In this document: piece by piece, positions 21,599 through 31,402 of the stretch
Layout: every line of letters starts with the position of its first letter
Numbering within the stretch: the first letter of the stretch is position 1
Assembly (NCBI GenBank): GCA_043819795.1
Contig: JBDREN010000030.1
Coordinates: 1-61,130, forward strand
Length of the DNA stretch: 61,130 bases
Source: Elusimicrobiota bacterium
GTDB lineage: Bacteria > Elusimicrobiota > Elusimicrobia > UBA1565
Direction: 5' to 3'
Notes under the pieces: model-generated
Databases searched by the model: none
What the model saw: the letters and a program-made list of their open reading frames with translations, nothing else
Told to the model about the DNA's origin: nothing
Program-made: the position numbers and the translations under genes

Positions 21599-24082
21599 AT
21601 GAAACGCTCCTTGTCCCGACTCTTCTCGCCCTTCCTGGCGGCCCTGCTCCTGGCGCCGCAGCTGACCGCGCAGGCCGGCGGTTCGACCCCGCTTCTCGCC
21701 ATTCTCACCGGAATCAACCAGCAGGTCCAGAAAGCCGTGATAGAGGATGAGCGGGAGAAGGACTTGAGCTCGCCCAAGGTGAGCGTCGAAGTCGGCGCCG
21801 AGGCCACCGGCGAGATCGGAGTCGAGGGCGTCGGCCATAAGGCCGTCCAAAGAGGCGTGACGGACGCGGTGCAGAGTGTGGGGGCCGCCGTCAGCGAGGA
21901 GGCCGCCGAGTTCGCGGCCGCCGTCCAGAAGATCAGCGAGCAAGTCCTCGCGGCCAAGACGGAGGAGGAGCAAGTACAGATCCTGAGCCAAGAGGCTCCC
22001 GTGTTCGAAACCCTCTTTACTCGGCCGCCGCCGGAGGGGGTGCCGCCGGAGACCTACGACCGCATCAGCAACGAGGTCGCGGACCTCTGCAACCGGCTGG
22101 AGAACTACCGGTGCGGCCACGGGGTCTCCAGAAGAATCCTCGACAGGCAGCGCGACGGGGGCGAGAACGCGAAGCGTCCGGTCGTCCGCGACGCCCTCAA
22201 CAACCTGGCGGGCGCCCAATTGGGGATGGGCCGTTTCAAGGAGGCGGCCCAAAGCGCCACGCGCGTTACCCGCGCCCATGAGAACGACGAGCGGGCCTAC
22301 ACCACGCGCGCGCTGGCCTACTACCAGATGGGCAACTACGTTCAGGCCTTGGAGGACTCGAAGCGCGCCTTGGCGCTCAACGCGAACAACGAGTCCGCGT
22401 TCCAGATATCGAAGCTGTCGGCCGGCCGGATCACGAAGCCCGACGACCTGAGCCTGGACGCGAAGCAGCGGGCCGCGGCCGAGAAGATTTCCCGAGAATA
22501 CGAGGCGATGGTCCAGCAGCGCAACCAGATCGAGGCCGCGCAGAAGGCGGCCCCTCCGGTGGAGCTCCGCGCGGAGGCGCCTTCCGACCCGTCCGACCGC
22601 ATCGTAGACTCGCTGGCCCGGCAGGCCTCGAACAAGATCAAGCTCGGTGACTACCACGGGGCGATCCAGATCACGGACCGGGCCCTCGCGCGCAGCCCCA
22701 ACCACGTCGAGGCCCGCTACATGCGCGCGGCCGCCGAGAACATGACGGGGAACTATCCGGAGGCCGTCGCCCACGCCACCAAGGTCCTCTCGATGGACCC
22801 GCGCCACGCCCCGGCCCTGGATGCGCGCGCCGCGGCCTATCTCCAGCTCGGACGGCACCATGAGGCGCTGGCCGACGCGGACCGCGCGCTCGCAATCGAC
22901 CAGAAGGACGCCTACGCCCTGCGAAACCGCGCCCGAGCCAAGGAGAACCTCGGGGACTTGGCCGGGATGATCGCCGACTACCGTCAGGCGGCCGAGCTCA
23001 ATCCACAGTTCCAGGACGAGCTGCGCGAGCTCGCCGAAAAATACGCATTCAGCCTGGCCGCCGGGGGCGCGGAGGCCTCGCGGCCGGCCCCTGCGGAGCC
23101 AGGACGCAACCGCCGCTTCTTCGTGGTGCTGGTGAGCTCCTTGAGCGGCGGCCTGTTGATCGCCATCGGCCTGCTCCATATCGTCACGGGCGGGCGGGGC
23201 GGGCGGACCCTGCTCTCCAAGCTCACGGGGGGCGGAGAACCCGCCGGGGCGCTCGCGGCCGGGCCGGGGCTCGAGGCCGGCTTCCAGGTCCTCCGGACGC
23301 TGGGCAACGGCGGGATGGGCGTCGTCTACGAGGCGACGGACAAGGCCCTGGGGCGCAAGGTCGCGATCAAGAAGATGCGCGAGGAGATACAGCTCGACAA
23401 GCGCGAGCGGGCCCACTTCCTGCAGGAAGCCCGCATCGTCGCGGGCCTGCACCACCCGAACATCGTGGACATCCATTCGATCCTTGAGGACGGGGGGAAC
23501 CTCTACCTGGTCTTCGAGTACGTCGAGGGCCGGACGATCGACGAGCTGCTGGCGAGCAGGAAGCGCCTCGGGCTGAAGGAGGCGCAGTACGTCCTGCGCG
23601 GCGTCTGCAACGCTCTGGAGTACGCCCACAAGAAAGGCGTCGTCCACCGCGACCTGAAGCCCTCCAACATCATGGTCGATAAAGACGGGATCGTGAAAGT
23701 GATGGATTTCGGCATCGCCCGCCAGGCGAAGGACGCCCTGGCGAAATCCACGCAGACGCGGACCGTCGCCGGGACCCCGCAGTACATGGCTCCCGAGCAG
23801 GAGGAAGGGGTCGTCCGCAAGGAGTCCGACGTATTCTCGCTCGGCGCCTGCCTCTACGAGATGGCGACCGGGCAGCGCCCTTACCCCGCCCCGAGCACGA
23901 CGGGCTCGAAACTCAATAAACGCTACGCGCGGCCCTCGCGCGTGACCTCCGGCCTCCCGGAGGAGCTCGACTCGCTCATCGACGACGCCCTCGAGCCCGA
24001 CCCCGAGCAGCGGATCCATTCGGTCGCCGAGTTCCGCGCCCGCCTCGACGCCATCAAAGTCCCCAGTCAGCCGCAGGCCTGA
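21599..24082 (+). CDS. TPR-repeat, single-TM, C-terminal Hanks-type Ser/Thr protein kinase
   Basis: Signal peptide, TPR repeats, TM FFVVLVSSLSGGLLIAIGLLHIV, GNGGMGVVY, VAIK, HRDLKPSN, DFG, GTPQYMAPE. Confidence 0.93.
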   Translation: MKRSLSRLFSPFLAALLLAPQLTAQAGGSTPLLAILTGINQQVQKAVIEDEREKDLSSPKVSVEVGAEATGEIGVEGVGHKAVQRGVTDAVQSVGAAVSEEAAEFAAAVQKISEQVLAAKTEEEQVQILSQEAPVFETLFTRPPPEGVPPETYDRISNEVADLCNRLENYRCGHGVSRRILDRQRDGGENAKRPVVRDALNNLAGAQLGMGRFKEAAQSATRVTRAHENDERAYTTRALAYYQMGNYVQALEDSKRALALNANNESAFQISKLSAGRITKPDDLSLDAKQRAAAEKISREYEAMVQQRNQIEAAQKAAPPVELRAEAPSDPSDRIVDSLARQASNKIKLGDYHGAIQITDRALARSPNHVEARYMRAAAENMTGNYPEAVAHATKVLSMDPRHAPALDARAAAYLQLGRHHEALADADRALAIDQKDAYALRNRARAKENLGDLAGMIADYRQAAELNPQFQDELRELAEKYAFSLAAGGAEASRPAPAEPGRNRRFFVVLVSSLSGGLLIAIGLLHIVTGGRGGRTLLSKLTGGGEPAGALAAGPGLEAGFQVLRTLGNGGMGVVYEATDKALGRKVAIKKMREEIQLDKRERAHFLQEARIVAGLHHPNIVDIHSILEDGGNLYLVFEYVEGRTIDELLASRKRLGLKEAQYVLRGVCNALEYAHKKGVVHRDLKPSNIMVDKDGIVKVMDFGIARQAKDALAKSTQTRTVAGTPQYMAPEQEEGVVRKESDVFSLGACLYEMATGQRPYPAPSTTGSKLNKRYARPSRVTSGLPEELDSLIDDALEPDPEQRIHSVAEFRARLDAIKVPSQPQA

Positions 24083-24083
24083 A

Positions 24084-24308
24084 GTCAGCGCCGGTCGCGC
24101 GGAGCGCCGACCGGCGCTAGCACCTCTGGGTTATCAAGAGGATGTGCCCCGCTCCCCGCCCCTCTCCCCCGGGGAGAGGGAGCTCTCAGCCCCCTCGGCG
24201 AACCGGGGTTATCAGGAGGATGCGCCCCGCCGCCCGCCGAAGGCGGTTAGAGCCTCTTCACGACGCAAAGGTGTCAGCGGTCCAAGCGCAAAGCGCTTGG
24301 ACCGCTGA
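24084..24308. repeat. Cluster of hairpins and direct repeats, including a family 2 variant
   Basis: Hairpins at 24087-24118, 24160-24180 (CCCTCTCCCC/GGGGAGAGGG) and 24274-24308 (16-bp arms); 25-bp direct repeat at 24128 and 24206. Confidence 0.8.
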
Positions 24309-24343
24309 ATTCGGCCCTCGTCGGAATTTGGTAGAATATCGTC

Positions 24344-26990
24344 ATGCCAGCCGTCGGGAAGCAGGGGGGCGAGAGAACGCACGCCGACACCCCCCTGATG
24401 AGGCAATACAAGACGCTCAAGGCCGCCCACCCGCACGCCATCCTCTTCTTCCGTCTCGGCGACTTCTACGAGCTCTTCTACGAGGACGCCCAGAAGGCGA
24501 GCCCCATCATGGGCGTCGTCCTGACCAAACGCCAGGGCACCCCGATGTGCGGAGTGCCCCACCATTCGCACGCGAACTACCTCGCCAAGCTCCTGAAGGC
24601 CGGGTACAAGGTCGCCATCGCCGACCAGGTGGAGGACCCGTCCCAAGCCAAGGGCATCGTGCAGCGAGCCGTCACGCGGGTGGTGACGCCGGGGACGATC
24701 GTCGAGGATGAGCTCCTCCAGGGAGCCGCGACAAACTACCTGGTCACCCTCGAGGTCGACAGCGTGGGCTGGGGCCTCGCCTGCGCCGAAGTCTCGACCG
24801 GGGAGTTCTGGGCCACCCAGGCCATCGGCGACCACAACCACCTGCAGCTTTACTCGATCCTCGCCAAGCTCGATCCCGCGGAGCTGCTGGCCCCCCAAAA
24901 GGCCGTGGAGGAGCTCCGACTCAGGCACATCCTGAGCCCGCGGACCGTCATCTCGGAATGGAAGCGGACCCTCTCGGAAAGCGCGGTCCCGGATGCCTGG
25001 CCGAACCGGGATATCTGGCAGAACCGGCAGCTGGCGCTCAAGGCCGCCCTCACCACGCGCAGCTACCTGTCGGCGACCCAGACGCACCTGAAGGACATCC
25101 TCCGCCCGCGGTACCGGGAGTCGCTGCCCGAGATGCAGCTCGACGAGGCCGCGATCCGGACGCTGGAGCTCGTCGATTCGGTCGACGGCGGCCGCAAGCA
25201 CACGCTCTGGGGGGTGCTCGACAGGACCTGCACGCCCATGGGAAGCCGAAAGCTCAAGCACTGGATACTTCACCCCTCGACCGAGCTGCCCGAGATCGAG
25301 CGGCGCCTCAGCTGCGTGTCGGAGCTGGTGGAAAACAGCATCGCCCGCGGCAAGCTAAGGAGGTTCCTCGAGGAGATCGCGGACCTCGAACGGGTCATCA
25401 ACCGGATGGCGACTCGCTCGGCGACGCCGCGCGACCTGGCCGCCCTGCGCGACTCGCTGTTTCATATCCGCTCCCTCGAGGCGTGGCTCAAGGACGGCTC
25501 CTTCGCCTCGGCGCTCGCTTCGGCGGCCGACGGCCTTTCCGAGATCGAGAAGCCCCTCAAAGAGACCCGGGCGCTCCTGGACCGGGCGCTCGTCGACCAC
25601 CCGCCCGCGAAGCTCGCGGACGGGGGTCTTATCCGCGCCGGGGTCGACAAGACTCTGGACGAGCTCCGTGCCGTCAAGACCGACAGCCGCAAAATCCTCA
25701 AGCGCCTCGAGGATCGTGAGCGCGGCGAGACCGGCATCCCGTCTTTGAGGGTCGGCTATAATTCCGTCTTCGGCTACTACATCGAGGTCACCAAGACACA
25801 CACCGCCAAAGTCCCGGACCGCTACCTGCGCAAGCAGACGCTGACCAACGCCGAGCGCTACATCACCTCCGAGCTCAAGGAGCTCGAGGTCAAGATCCTC
25901 GGCGCCGAGGATAAGATCCTCCGAATCGAGGCGGGCCTGTTCGAGAAACTACGCGGCGACGTCCTCGGTCACGATGACGCCGTCAGCCGCTTCGCGGCCC
26001 TCATCGCCGAGCTCGACGTGCTCCACTCTCTCGCCGAGGCCGCCTCCGACAACGACTACGTGAAGCCGGAGGTGGATCTCTCCTACGAGCTGAGGATCGA
26101 GGACGGGCGTCATCCGATCGTCGAGGCGGCGCTGCCGTCAGGGACCTTCGTCCCGAACTCCATCGCGCTGGATGGGGCCGACCCGCAGGCGATGATCCTG
26201 ACCGGCCCGAACATGGGCGGCAAGTCGGTCTTCCTGCGCCAGAACGCGCTCATCGCGATCATGGCGCAGATGGGCAGCTTCGTGCCGGCCAAATCGGCCC
26301 GCGTCGGCGTCGTCGACAAGATCCTGACCCGCATCGGCTCGAAGGACCAGCTCGCCCGCGGCGAGTCGACGTTCATGGTCGAGATGCGCGAGACCTCCCA
26401 CATTCTCAAGGACGCGACCCTGCGCAGCCTGGTCCTCCTCGACGAGGTCGGGCGGGGGACGTCGACCTACGACGGGATCTCGATCGCGTGGGCCGTCATC
26501 GAGCATCTCAACAAGGCGGGGGCGGCCAAGGCCGAGGCCTCCTCCACGGAGGATTTTAGGCCGCGCGGGCCGCGCGTCGTCTTCGCCACCCACTACTTCG
26601 AGCTGACCGAGCTCGCCGACCTTCTGCCCGGCGTGCACAACATCAACGTCGAAGCGCGCGAGTGGACCAACGCCGAGGGGCGCACCGAGGTCATCTTCCT
26701 CCATAAGATCTCACCCGGACCGGCCGACCGCTCCTTCGGGATCCACGTCGCCGAGCTGGCCGGCGTCCCTCAGAGCTGTCTGAGCCGCGCGCGGGGAGAT
26801 CCTGCACGGCCTCGAGAACGAGGCGCGCGCGACGCCGCTCCCGTTCTCTGCCAAGCGGTCTCCGGAGCAGCCGAGCCTGCCGCTCTTCGACGAGCATCCG
26901 GTGCTCCACGAGATCCGCCTGCTCGACCCCAACGACCTGACCCCCCTCGCGGCCCTGGAGAAGCTCTCCGCGTGGAAGAAGCAGCTATGA
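24344..26990 (+). CDS. mutS: DNA mismatch repair protein MutS (+1 frameshift at ~26793-26796)
   Basis: TPLMRQY, FFRLGDFYELF, TGPNMGGKS, STFMVEM, DEVGRGTST, ATHYFEL; native C-terminus lies in a shifted frame ending TGA at 26990. Confidence 0.95.
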
Positions 26991-28834
26991 CGGCATCCGT
27001 CGTGCGTCCGCTCCCCGCCGACGTGGCCCGCCGGATCGCTGCCGGAGAGGTCATCGAGCGGCCCGCCTCAGTGCTCAAGGAGCTGCTCGAGAACGCGCTC
27101 GACGCGAGCGCCTCGAAGATATCGGTCGAGGTCCTGGGGGCCGGCCGGCAGCTCGTGCGGGTCTCGGACGACGGGGTCGGCATGGGGCCCGTGGACTGCC
27201 GGGCCGCGTTCGAACGCCACACGACGAGCAAAATCGCGAGGCTCTCGGACATCGAGACCCTCTCGACCTTCGGTTTTCGCGGAGAGGCCCTATTCTCCAT
27301 CGCCGCCGTCGCGAAGGTCTCGCTCACCAGCTGCCGCCGCGGCACGGGCAAGGGCTGGCGGGTCGAGATGCGGGGCGGCAGGCTCATCGCGGAGCGCGAG
27401 GCCCCCCCGGCGCAGGGGACGGCCGTCGAGGTACGCGACCTATTCTTCAACACGCCGGCCCGGTGCAAGTTCCTGAAGTCCGCCGCGTCCGAGCGGGGAC
27501 GCCTAGCCCGGGTCCTCGAAGAGGCCGCGCTGGCCAACCCCGGCGTCGCGTTCACCTACAAGTCCGAAGGGCGCGCGCTGCTCCGCTTCCCCGCGCACAA
27601 AGGGCTGGAGGGCCCCTCTGCGATGCGGGAGCGAGTCCGCGAGGTGCTCGGCGACACGCACGGCGACGGCATGCTGTTTGCCGAGGCCGGCCCGGCCTCG
27701 GGCGGGCTGTCGGTATCCGCGTTCGTCTCGCCCGCGGACGCGCTCCACGCCTCCCGGACCCTGCAGTTCTGCCTAGTGAACCGGCGGTCCGTGACGAACC
27801 GGACGGCCCAACAGGCGCTGTATCGCGCCTACGAGCCTTTCCGGCCGAAGAACCGCCATCCGGTGGCCGTCGTCTGCCTGTCGATCCCGCCCGACCGGAT
27901 CGACGTGAACGTCCACCCCACGAAACGCGAAGTACGCTTCCGGAACGACGGGGAAGTGTTCGAAGCCGTCGTCCGGGCTTTGTCAAAAGCCCTGCTGGAG
28001 TCCAAGGGCATCCCGACGCTGAAGGGCGGACATCCGGCCGTGGCCCGCGCGGCCGCGGCTCCGCCGCCGCACGGCCACTGGAGGGCGGGCGGCGTTGGCT
28101 CCCTCCCGGGACTTCGACACGACTTCCAGGCCTCGGGCGGGCGCGTGCGGGAGGGGACCGCGGCCTACGCCCCCACGCCGCCGAGCGCCGGAGCGCCGGA
28201 GCACGCCCTCCGGACGCCCGAGACGCGCCCATGGTTCGCCGATGCCGATTCCGCGCGCTTTCTCGGGCAGATCGAGCGCGCTTATCTGGTGTTCGAGGCC
28301 GAGGGCGGATTGCTCGTCATCGACCAGCACGCGGCCCAGGAGCGCGTGCTATTCGAACGCTACCTGACCGAGATCGAATCGGGGGCGGTATCGGTCCAGA
28401 AGCTCATGCTGCCCCTACCCGTCGAGCTCCCGGCGTCGGCCATCGCCGACGTGCTCTCCAGAAAGGGCCGCCTCCTGCGCGCCGGCTTCGCGGTGGAGCC
28501 GTTCGGGAAGACCACCCTGCACGTCACGAGCGTGCCGGCCCTGTTCCGGAAGGCGAAAGACGTCAGGGAGATGGTCCACAGCCTGCTCGACGGCCTGCTG
28601 GCGCCCGGCCCGGCCGCGGCCGACGTCCGGTACGACGCGACGGCCACGATCGCCTGCAAGGCCGCGGTGAAGGCCCACGATCCGCTGACCGCTCGCGAAG
28701 CCGTGCGCCTGCTGGAGGACCTGCGCCGATGCAAGGACGCCACCTGCTGTCCGCATGGGCGCCCGACGATGCTCTCGCTGGACCGGGGCGAGCTCGCCCG
28801 CCGCTTCGGACGCCCCGCCCCCCCGCCCCTCTAG
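26987..28834 (+). CDS. mutL: DNA mismatch repair endonuclease MutL
   Basis: IAAGEVIERPASVLKELLENALDA, TFGFRGEAL, DVNVHPTK, DQHAAQERVLFE, ACK, CPHGRP. Confidence 0.96.
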   Translation: MTASVVRPLPADVARRIAAGEVIERPASVLKELLENALDASASKISVEVLGAGRQLVRVSDDGVGMGPVDCRAAFERHTTSKIARLSDIETLSTFGFRGEALFSIAAVAKVSLTSCRRGTGKGWRVEMRGGRLIAEREAPPAQGTAVEVRDLFFNTPARCKFLKSAASERGRLARVLEEAALANPGVAFTYKSEGRALLRFPAHKGLEGPSAMRERVREVLGDTHGDGMLFAEAGPASGGLSVSAFVSPADALHASRTLQFCLVNRRSVTNRTAQQALYRAYEPFRPKNRHPVAVVCLSIPPDRIDVNVHPTKREVRFRNDGEVFEAVVRALSKALLESKGIPTLKGGHPAVARAAAAPPPHGHWRAGGVGSLPGLRHDFQASGGRVREGTAAYAPTPPSAGAPEHALRTPETRPWFADADSARFLGQIERAYLVFEAEGGLLVIDQHAAQERVLFERYLTEIESGAVSVQKLMLPLPVELPASAIADVLSRKGRLLRAGFAVEPFGKTTLHVTSVPALFRKAKDVREMVHSLLDGLLAPGPAAADVRYDATATIACKAAVKAHDPLTAREAVRLLEDLRRCKDATCCPHGRPTMLSLDRGELARRFGRPAPPPL

Positions 28835-28883
28835 CAGCCCGTGGCGAAAGTCTTCCGGGGCCTGCAATCGCCTGGAAGCGGCC

Positions 28884-29324
28884 TCAGGGCTCCGTCGCCG
28901 CCTCGAGCGAGCCCCGCTCGTAGATCCACTCGCGCAGGGTATCGACCTCCTTCTTCGCGAGTCCGAGCTCGGCCTCGTAACTCTCGAGGAACCGCAGGAA
29001 CCGCTCGTTCTCTTCGAGGCTGTGGGTCCCCTTCCGGTAGGCCCGGAAATAAGCTTGCCCGTGCTCGAGGAACTCCACCACCTCATGGAGGTCGCGCGCC
29101 AACTCGGCCGCGGTATGAAGCCTGCGCTTCTCGTGTCGCGGAGCGACCGGCGGCTTGTCGAGCCCGCGCCGTTCGGCCCCCTTGACGGGGTCTCGCGCCT
29201 GGGCGCCATCGTCCGAAGCGGGGGGTTGGGCCGTCCTTCCGAAATCCGGCCGCCGAGCGTGCGCGAACAGCAACAGGCCCGCCACCGCGACCATCCAGAG
29301 TGAACGTGCGCCTATAACTCTCAT
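28884..29324 (-). CDS. Hypothetical membrane-anchored protein
   Basis: N-terminal hydrophobic segment and helical C-terminus; TTGATT-16-TATAAT upstream (29389-29362). Confidence 0.6.
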   Translation of the reverse strand: MRVIGARSLWMVAVAGLLLFAHARRPDFGRTAQPPASDDGAQARDPVKGAERRGLDKPPVAPRHEKRRLHTAAELARDLHEVVEFLEHGQAYFRAYRKGTHSLEENERFLRFLESYEAELGLAKKEVDTLREWIYERGSLEAATEP

Positions 29325-29427
29325 GATCTTCCTCCCCCGCTCGCGCGGCCGTGAGTTCAAGATTATAGCGCCGGCAAGCCCAAAATCAAGGCCGAAATCT
29401 TGTGCCGAAATTCCCCAAAAATAGGTC

Positions 29428-29455
29428 TTGACGAGCGGCGGAAATGGGTTATACT
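29428..29455 (+). promoter_or_regulatory. Sigma70-type promoter TTGACG-16-TATACT
   Basis: Near-consensus hexamers, no plus-strand ORF downstream. Confidence 0.7.
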
Positions 29456-29460
29456 AAAAG

Positions 29461-29564
29461 TGCCGCCGAGTGGGTGCAAAGCCGTACCAGATCGGCGGAG
29501 GGTTCGAGGGCGCGAATAACGGTCCATACCAGAGACCCAAGTTATCGCGCCCTCTTCTTTTTTT
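29461..29564 (+). ncRNA. Candidate ~100-nt small RNA
   Basis: Promoter, two stem-loops and a T7 tail, no ORF. Confidence 0.55.
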
Positions 29565-29569
29565 GGGAA

Positions 29570-30052
29570 TCAGCCCCCAAAGAAAAAGCCGGCGAGGCCG
29601 AGTAGCGCCGCCCCGATAAGGGCGCCCACCGGTCCTCCGACGAGGAAGCCCACCCCCGCGCCCGTCACGGCCGCGCCCAGCGTCCACCACAGCCTGCCCG
29701 GTATTCCCTGAGCCTTGAGTCGGCCGTCCTTTCCGATCGGGGAGGGGGGTTCACCGATCCGGAGCTTCCCGCCGTTCTGCTGGCCCACGTGAAGGTTGGC
29801 CGTCCGTTCGCGGACGGCGGCTCCCTCGGGGACGTGGACAAGGGGTAGGGAGTAGCTCTGCCCCGGGATGGGGTCATCAAAACCCTTCCCGGCCCCGCGC
29901 TTGGCGGAGGCGGGATTGGCCGTCCGGGCCGCAAGCTCGCCGCTCGCGAACAGCGAATTGAGGCCGTCGAGAGTCTCCGCCCAGGCGGCGGCCGTGAAGG
30001 ACATGGCCACCACCAGCACGGCGACCGTGCGGTGAAGGGACAAGCGCGTCAT
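29570..30052 (-). CDS. Exported protein with C-terminal glycine-zipper membrane segment
   Basis: Signal peptide (AAWA); GAAVTGAGVGFLVGGPVGALIGAALLG. Confidence 0.7.
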   Translation of the reverse strand: MTRLSLHRTVAVLVVAMSFTAAAWAETLDGLNSLFASGELAARTANPASAKRGAGKGFDDPIPGQSYSLPLVHVPEGAAVRERTANLHVGQQNGGKLRIGEPPSPIGKDGRLKAQGIPGRLWWTLGAAVTGAGVGFLVGGPVGALIGAALLGLAGFFFGG

Positions 30053-30154
30053 TATTGGTATTGTACCAGCCGGGACCGGCCGGGCACTAAGCCCTTAGAC
30101 CCAATCGCCCGCCGTCTTACGGCCTATCCCAAATGGCCCGAAAGACCTGGGGGA

Positions 30155-30287
30155 ATAAGACGAGGGGCACCAGAGCTCTCCTCTTCAGCTCTCGTGCCCC
30201 CTTTGCTTCCCCGCCGGGCCCTCAGCAGGGGACGTCCACGACGTCTCCGACTCGGGCACGGGCCGAAACAGACCACCAGCCCCGCCC
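30155..30287 (-). ncRNA. Candidate ~130-nt structured RNA
   Basis: Downstream of TTGACA-16-TATACT; several hairpins ending in a long stem at 30164-30200. Confidence 0.45.
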
Positions 30288-30293
30288 GCTACA

Positions 30294-30321
30294 AGTATAA
30301 CCGGGTCCCGGATTTTGTCAA
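30294..30321 (-). promoter_or_regulatory. Sigma70-type promoter TTGACA-16-TATACT
   Basis: Perfect -35 and near-perfect -10. Confidence 0.75.
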
Positions 30322-30337
30322 GGCCCAGGGTGCTTCT

Positions 30338-30640
30338 TCAGGGCTGGTGCTTCTTCTTGAAGAGCGCCTCGAAAGACGCTTTCGCGTCGCCGGCCCCGGA
30401 GGTCCGTCTCGGCTCGCCGGCCGGTTCCGGATTATTGGGCCGGAAAAACTCGCAGAAATTGGCGCGCGTCTTGTCGACGACCACCTCGGCCCGCTCCTCG
30501 CGGCAGTCGTTGCCGCAGCCGGCGTCGTAGAGGGCGCAGTTGCGGCACACGCGCGTGTCGGTGTCGCAACCCGGACAGCTCTCCGAACGCGCGTAATCCG
30601 CTCCGAAAAGCTCGCGCCCGCACCCCCAGCAGCTACCCAT
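30338..30640 (-). CDS. Small cysteine-rich (zinc-binding-like) hypothetical protein
   Basis: CWGC, CPGC, CRNC, C...NFCEFF; GGAG RBS. Confidence 0.75.
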   Translation of the reverse strand: MGSCWGCGRELFGADYARSESCPGCDTDTRVCRNCALYDAGCGNDCREERAEVVVDKTRANFCEFFRPNNPEPAGEPRRTSGAGDAKASFEALFKKKHQP

Positions 30641-30670
30641 GGCCCCTCTTGATGCTCCGCCCGGATACTC

Positions 30671-31402
30671 TCAACGCATGCCCCAGACCGGATGCCACTG
30701 GGGGATGAGCCGGACCTCGCCAAGCCGAAACCGCGCCGCCCACAAGAACGCCAGCGCGCGCTCCGGAGGGATCGTGCCCACGCTCCGACCGGCGTGGCGG
30801 GTCGATGGCACGGGGGTCGCCGGCTGCAGGATCAGCGGCAACCGCGGGGCGTTCTCCTCCATAAGCCGGATGACCCGTTCCCACTCCTCCGACGCGGAGG
30901 CGTCGGTCAGGACCACTTTCACGAAGCCGCCGGCGGGCACGGCGCGCAGGAACTCGGCATGCGCGCTCCAGAGGGGGCGGCCCACGGCCGACGGCAGCTT
31001 GATGTTCACCGCGACCGCGTCCAGGATTCCCCTCACGCGAGCCAGCGCCTCCGGCAGCACCGCGTTGGTCTCAAGCTGGTTCTGGAAGCCCCGTCCGCGC
31101 GCCCAGACGAGCATTCCCCGCAGGAAGGCCGCCTGCAGCAGGGGCTCGCCCCCGGTCCACGATATCGTCGCGTGGCGGCGGCGGCTCTGCAGCGCCATGA
31201 TCCTGCCCTGGAGCCGCTCGCGGTCCCATAGCCTCCCCGAAGCCGGCCCAAGCGCGCCCGGCTCGTCGCAGTAGTCGCACCGAAGGTTACAGCCGCCCAG
31301 TCGGACGAAGATCTGCCGCTCGCCGAGTCGCAAGCCCTCCCCTTGGATCGAGGAGTAGACCTCCACGATCCGCGCCCGGTCCTCACGCGCCTTCGCGCCC
31401 AT
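30671..31402 (-). CDS. queE: 7-carboxy-7-deazaguanine synthase (radical SAM)
   Basis: SIQGEG, FVRLGGCNLRCDYCD, TGGEPLLQ, LETN, PQWH; adjacent to queC. Confidence 0.92.
   Translation of the reverse strand: MGAKAREDRARIVEVYSSIQGEGLRLGERQIFVRLGGCNLRCDYCDEPGALGPASGRLWDRERLQGRIMALQSRRRHATISWTGGEPLLQAAFLRGMLVWARGRGFQNQLETNAVLPEALARVRGILDAVAVNIKLPSAVGRPLWSAHAEFLRAVPAGGFVKVVLTDASASEEWERVIRLMEENAPRLPLILQPATPVPSTRHAGRSVGTIPPERALAFLWAARFRLGEVRLIPQWHPVWGMR

Noticed and set aside
29465..29500. c-di-GMP-I riboswitch (GAGTGGG..GCAAAGCC resemblance)
   Set aside because: Lacks the GGCAAACC/GAAA P2 elements and has no downstream gene on that strand
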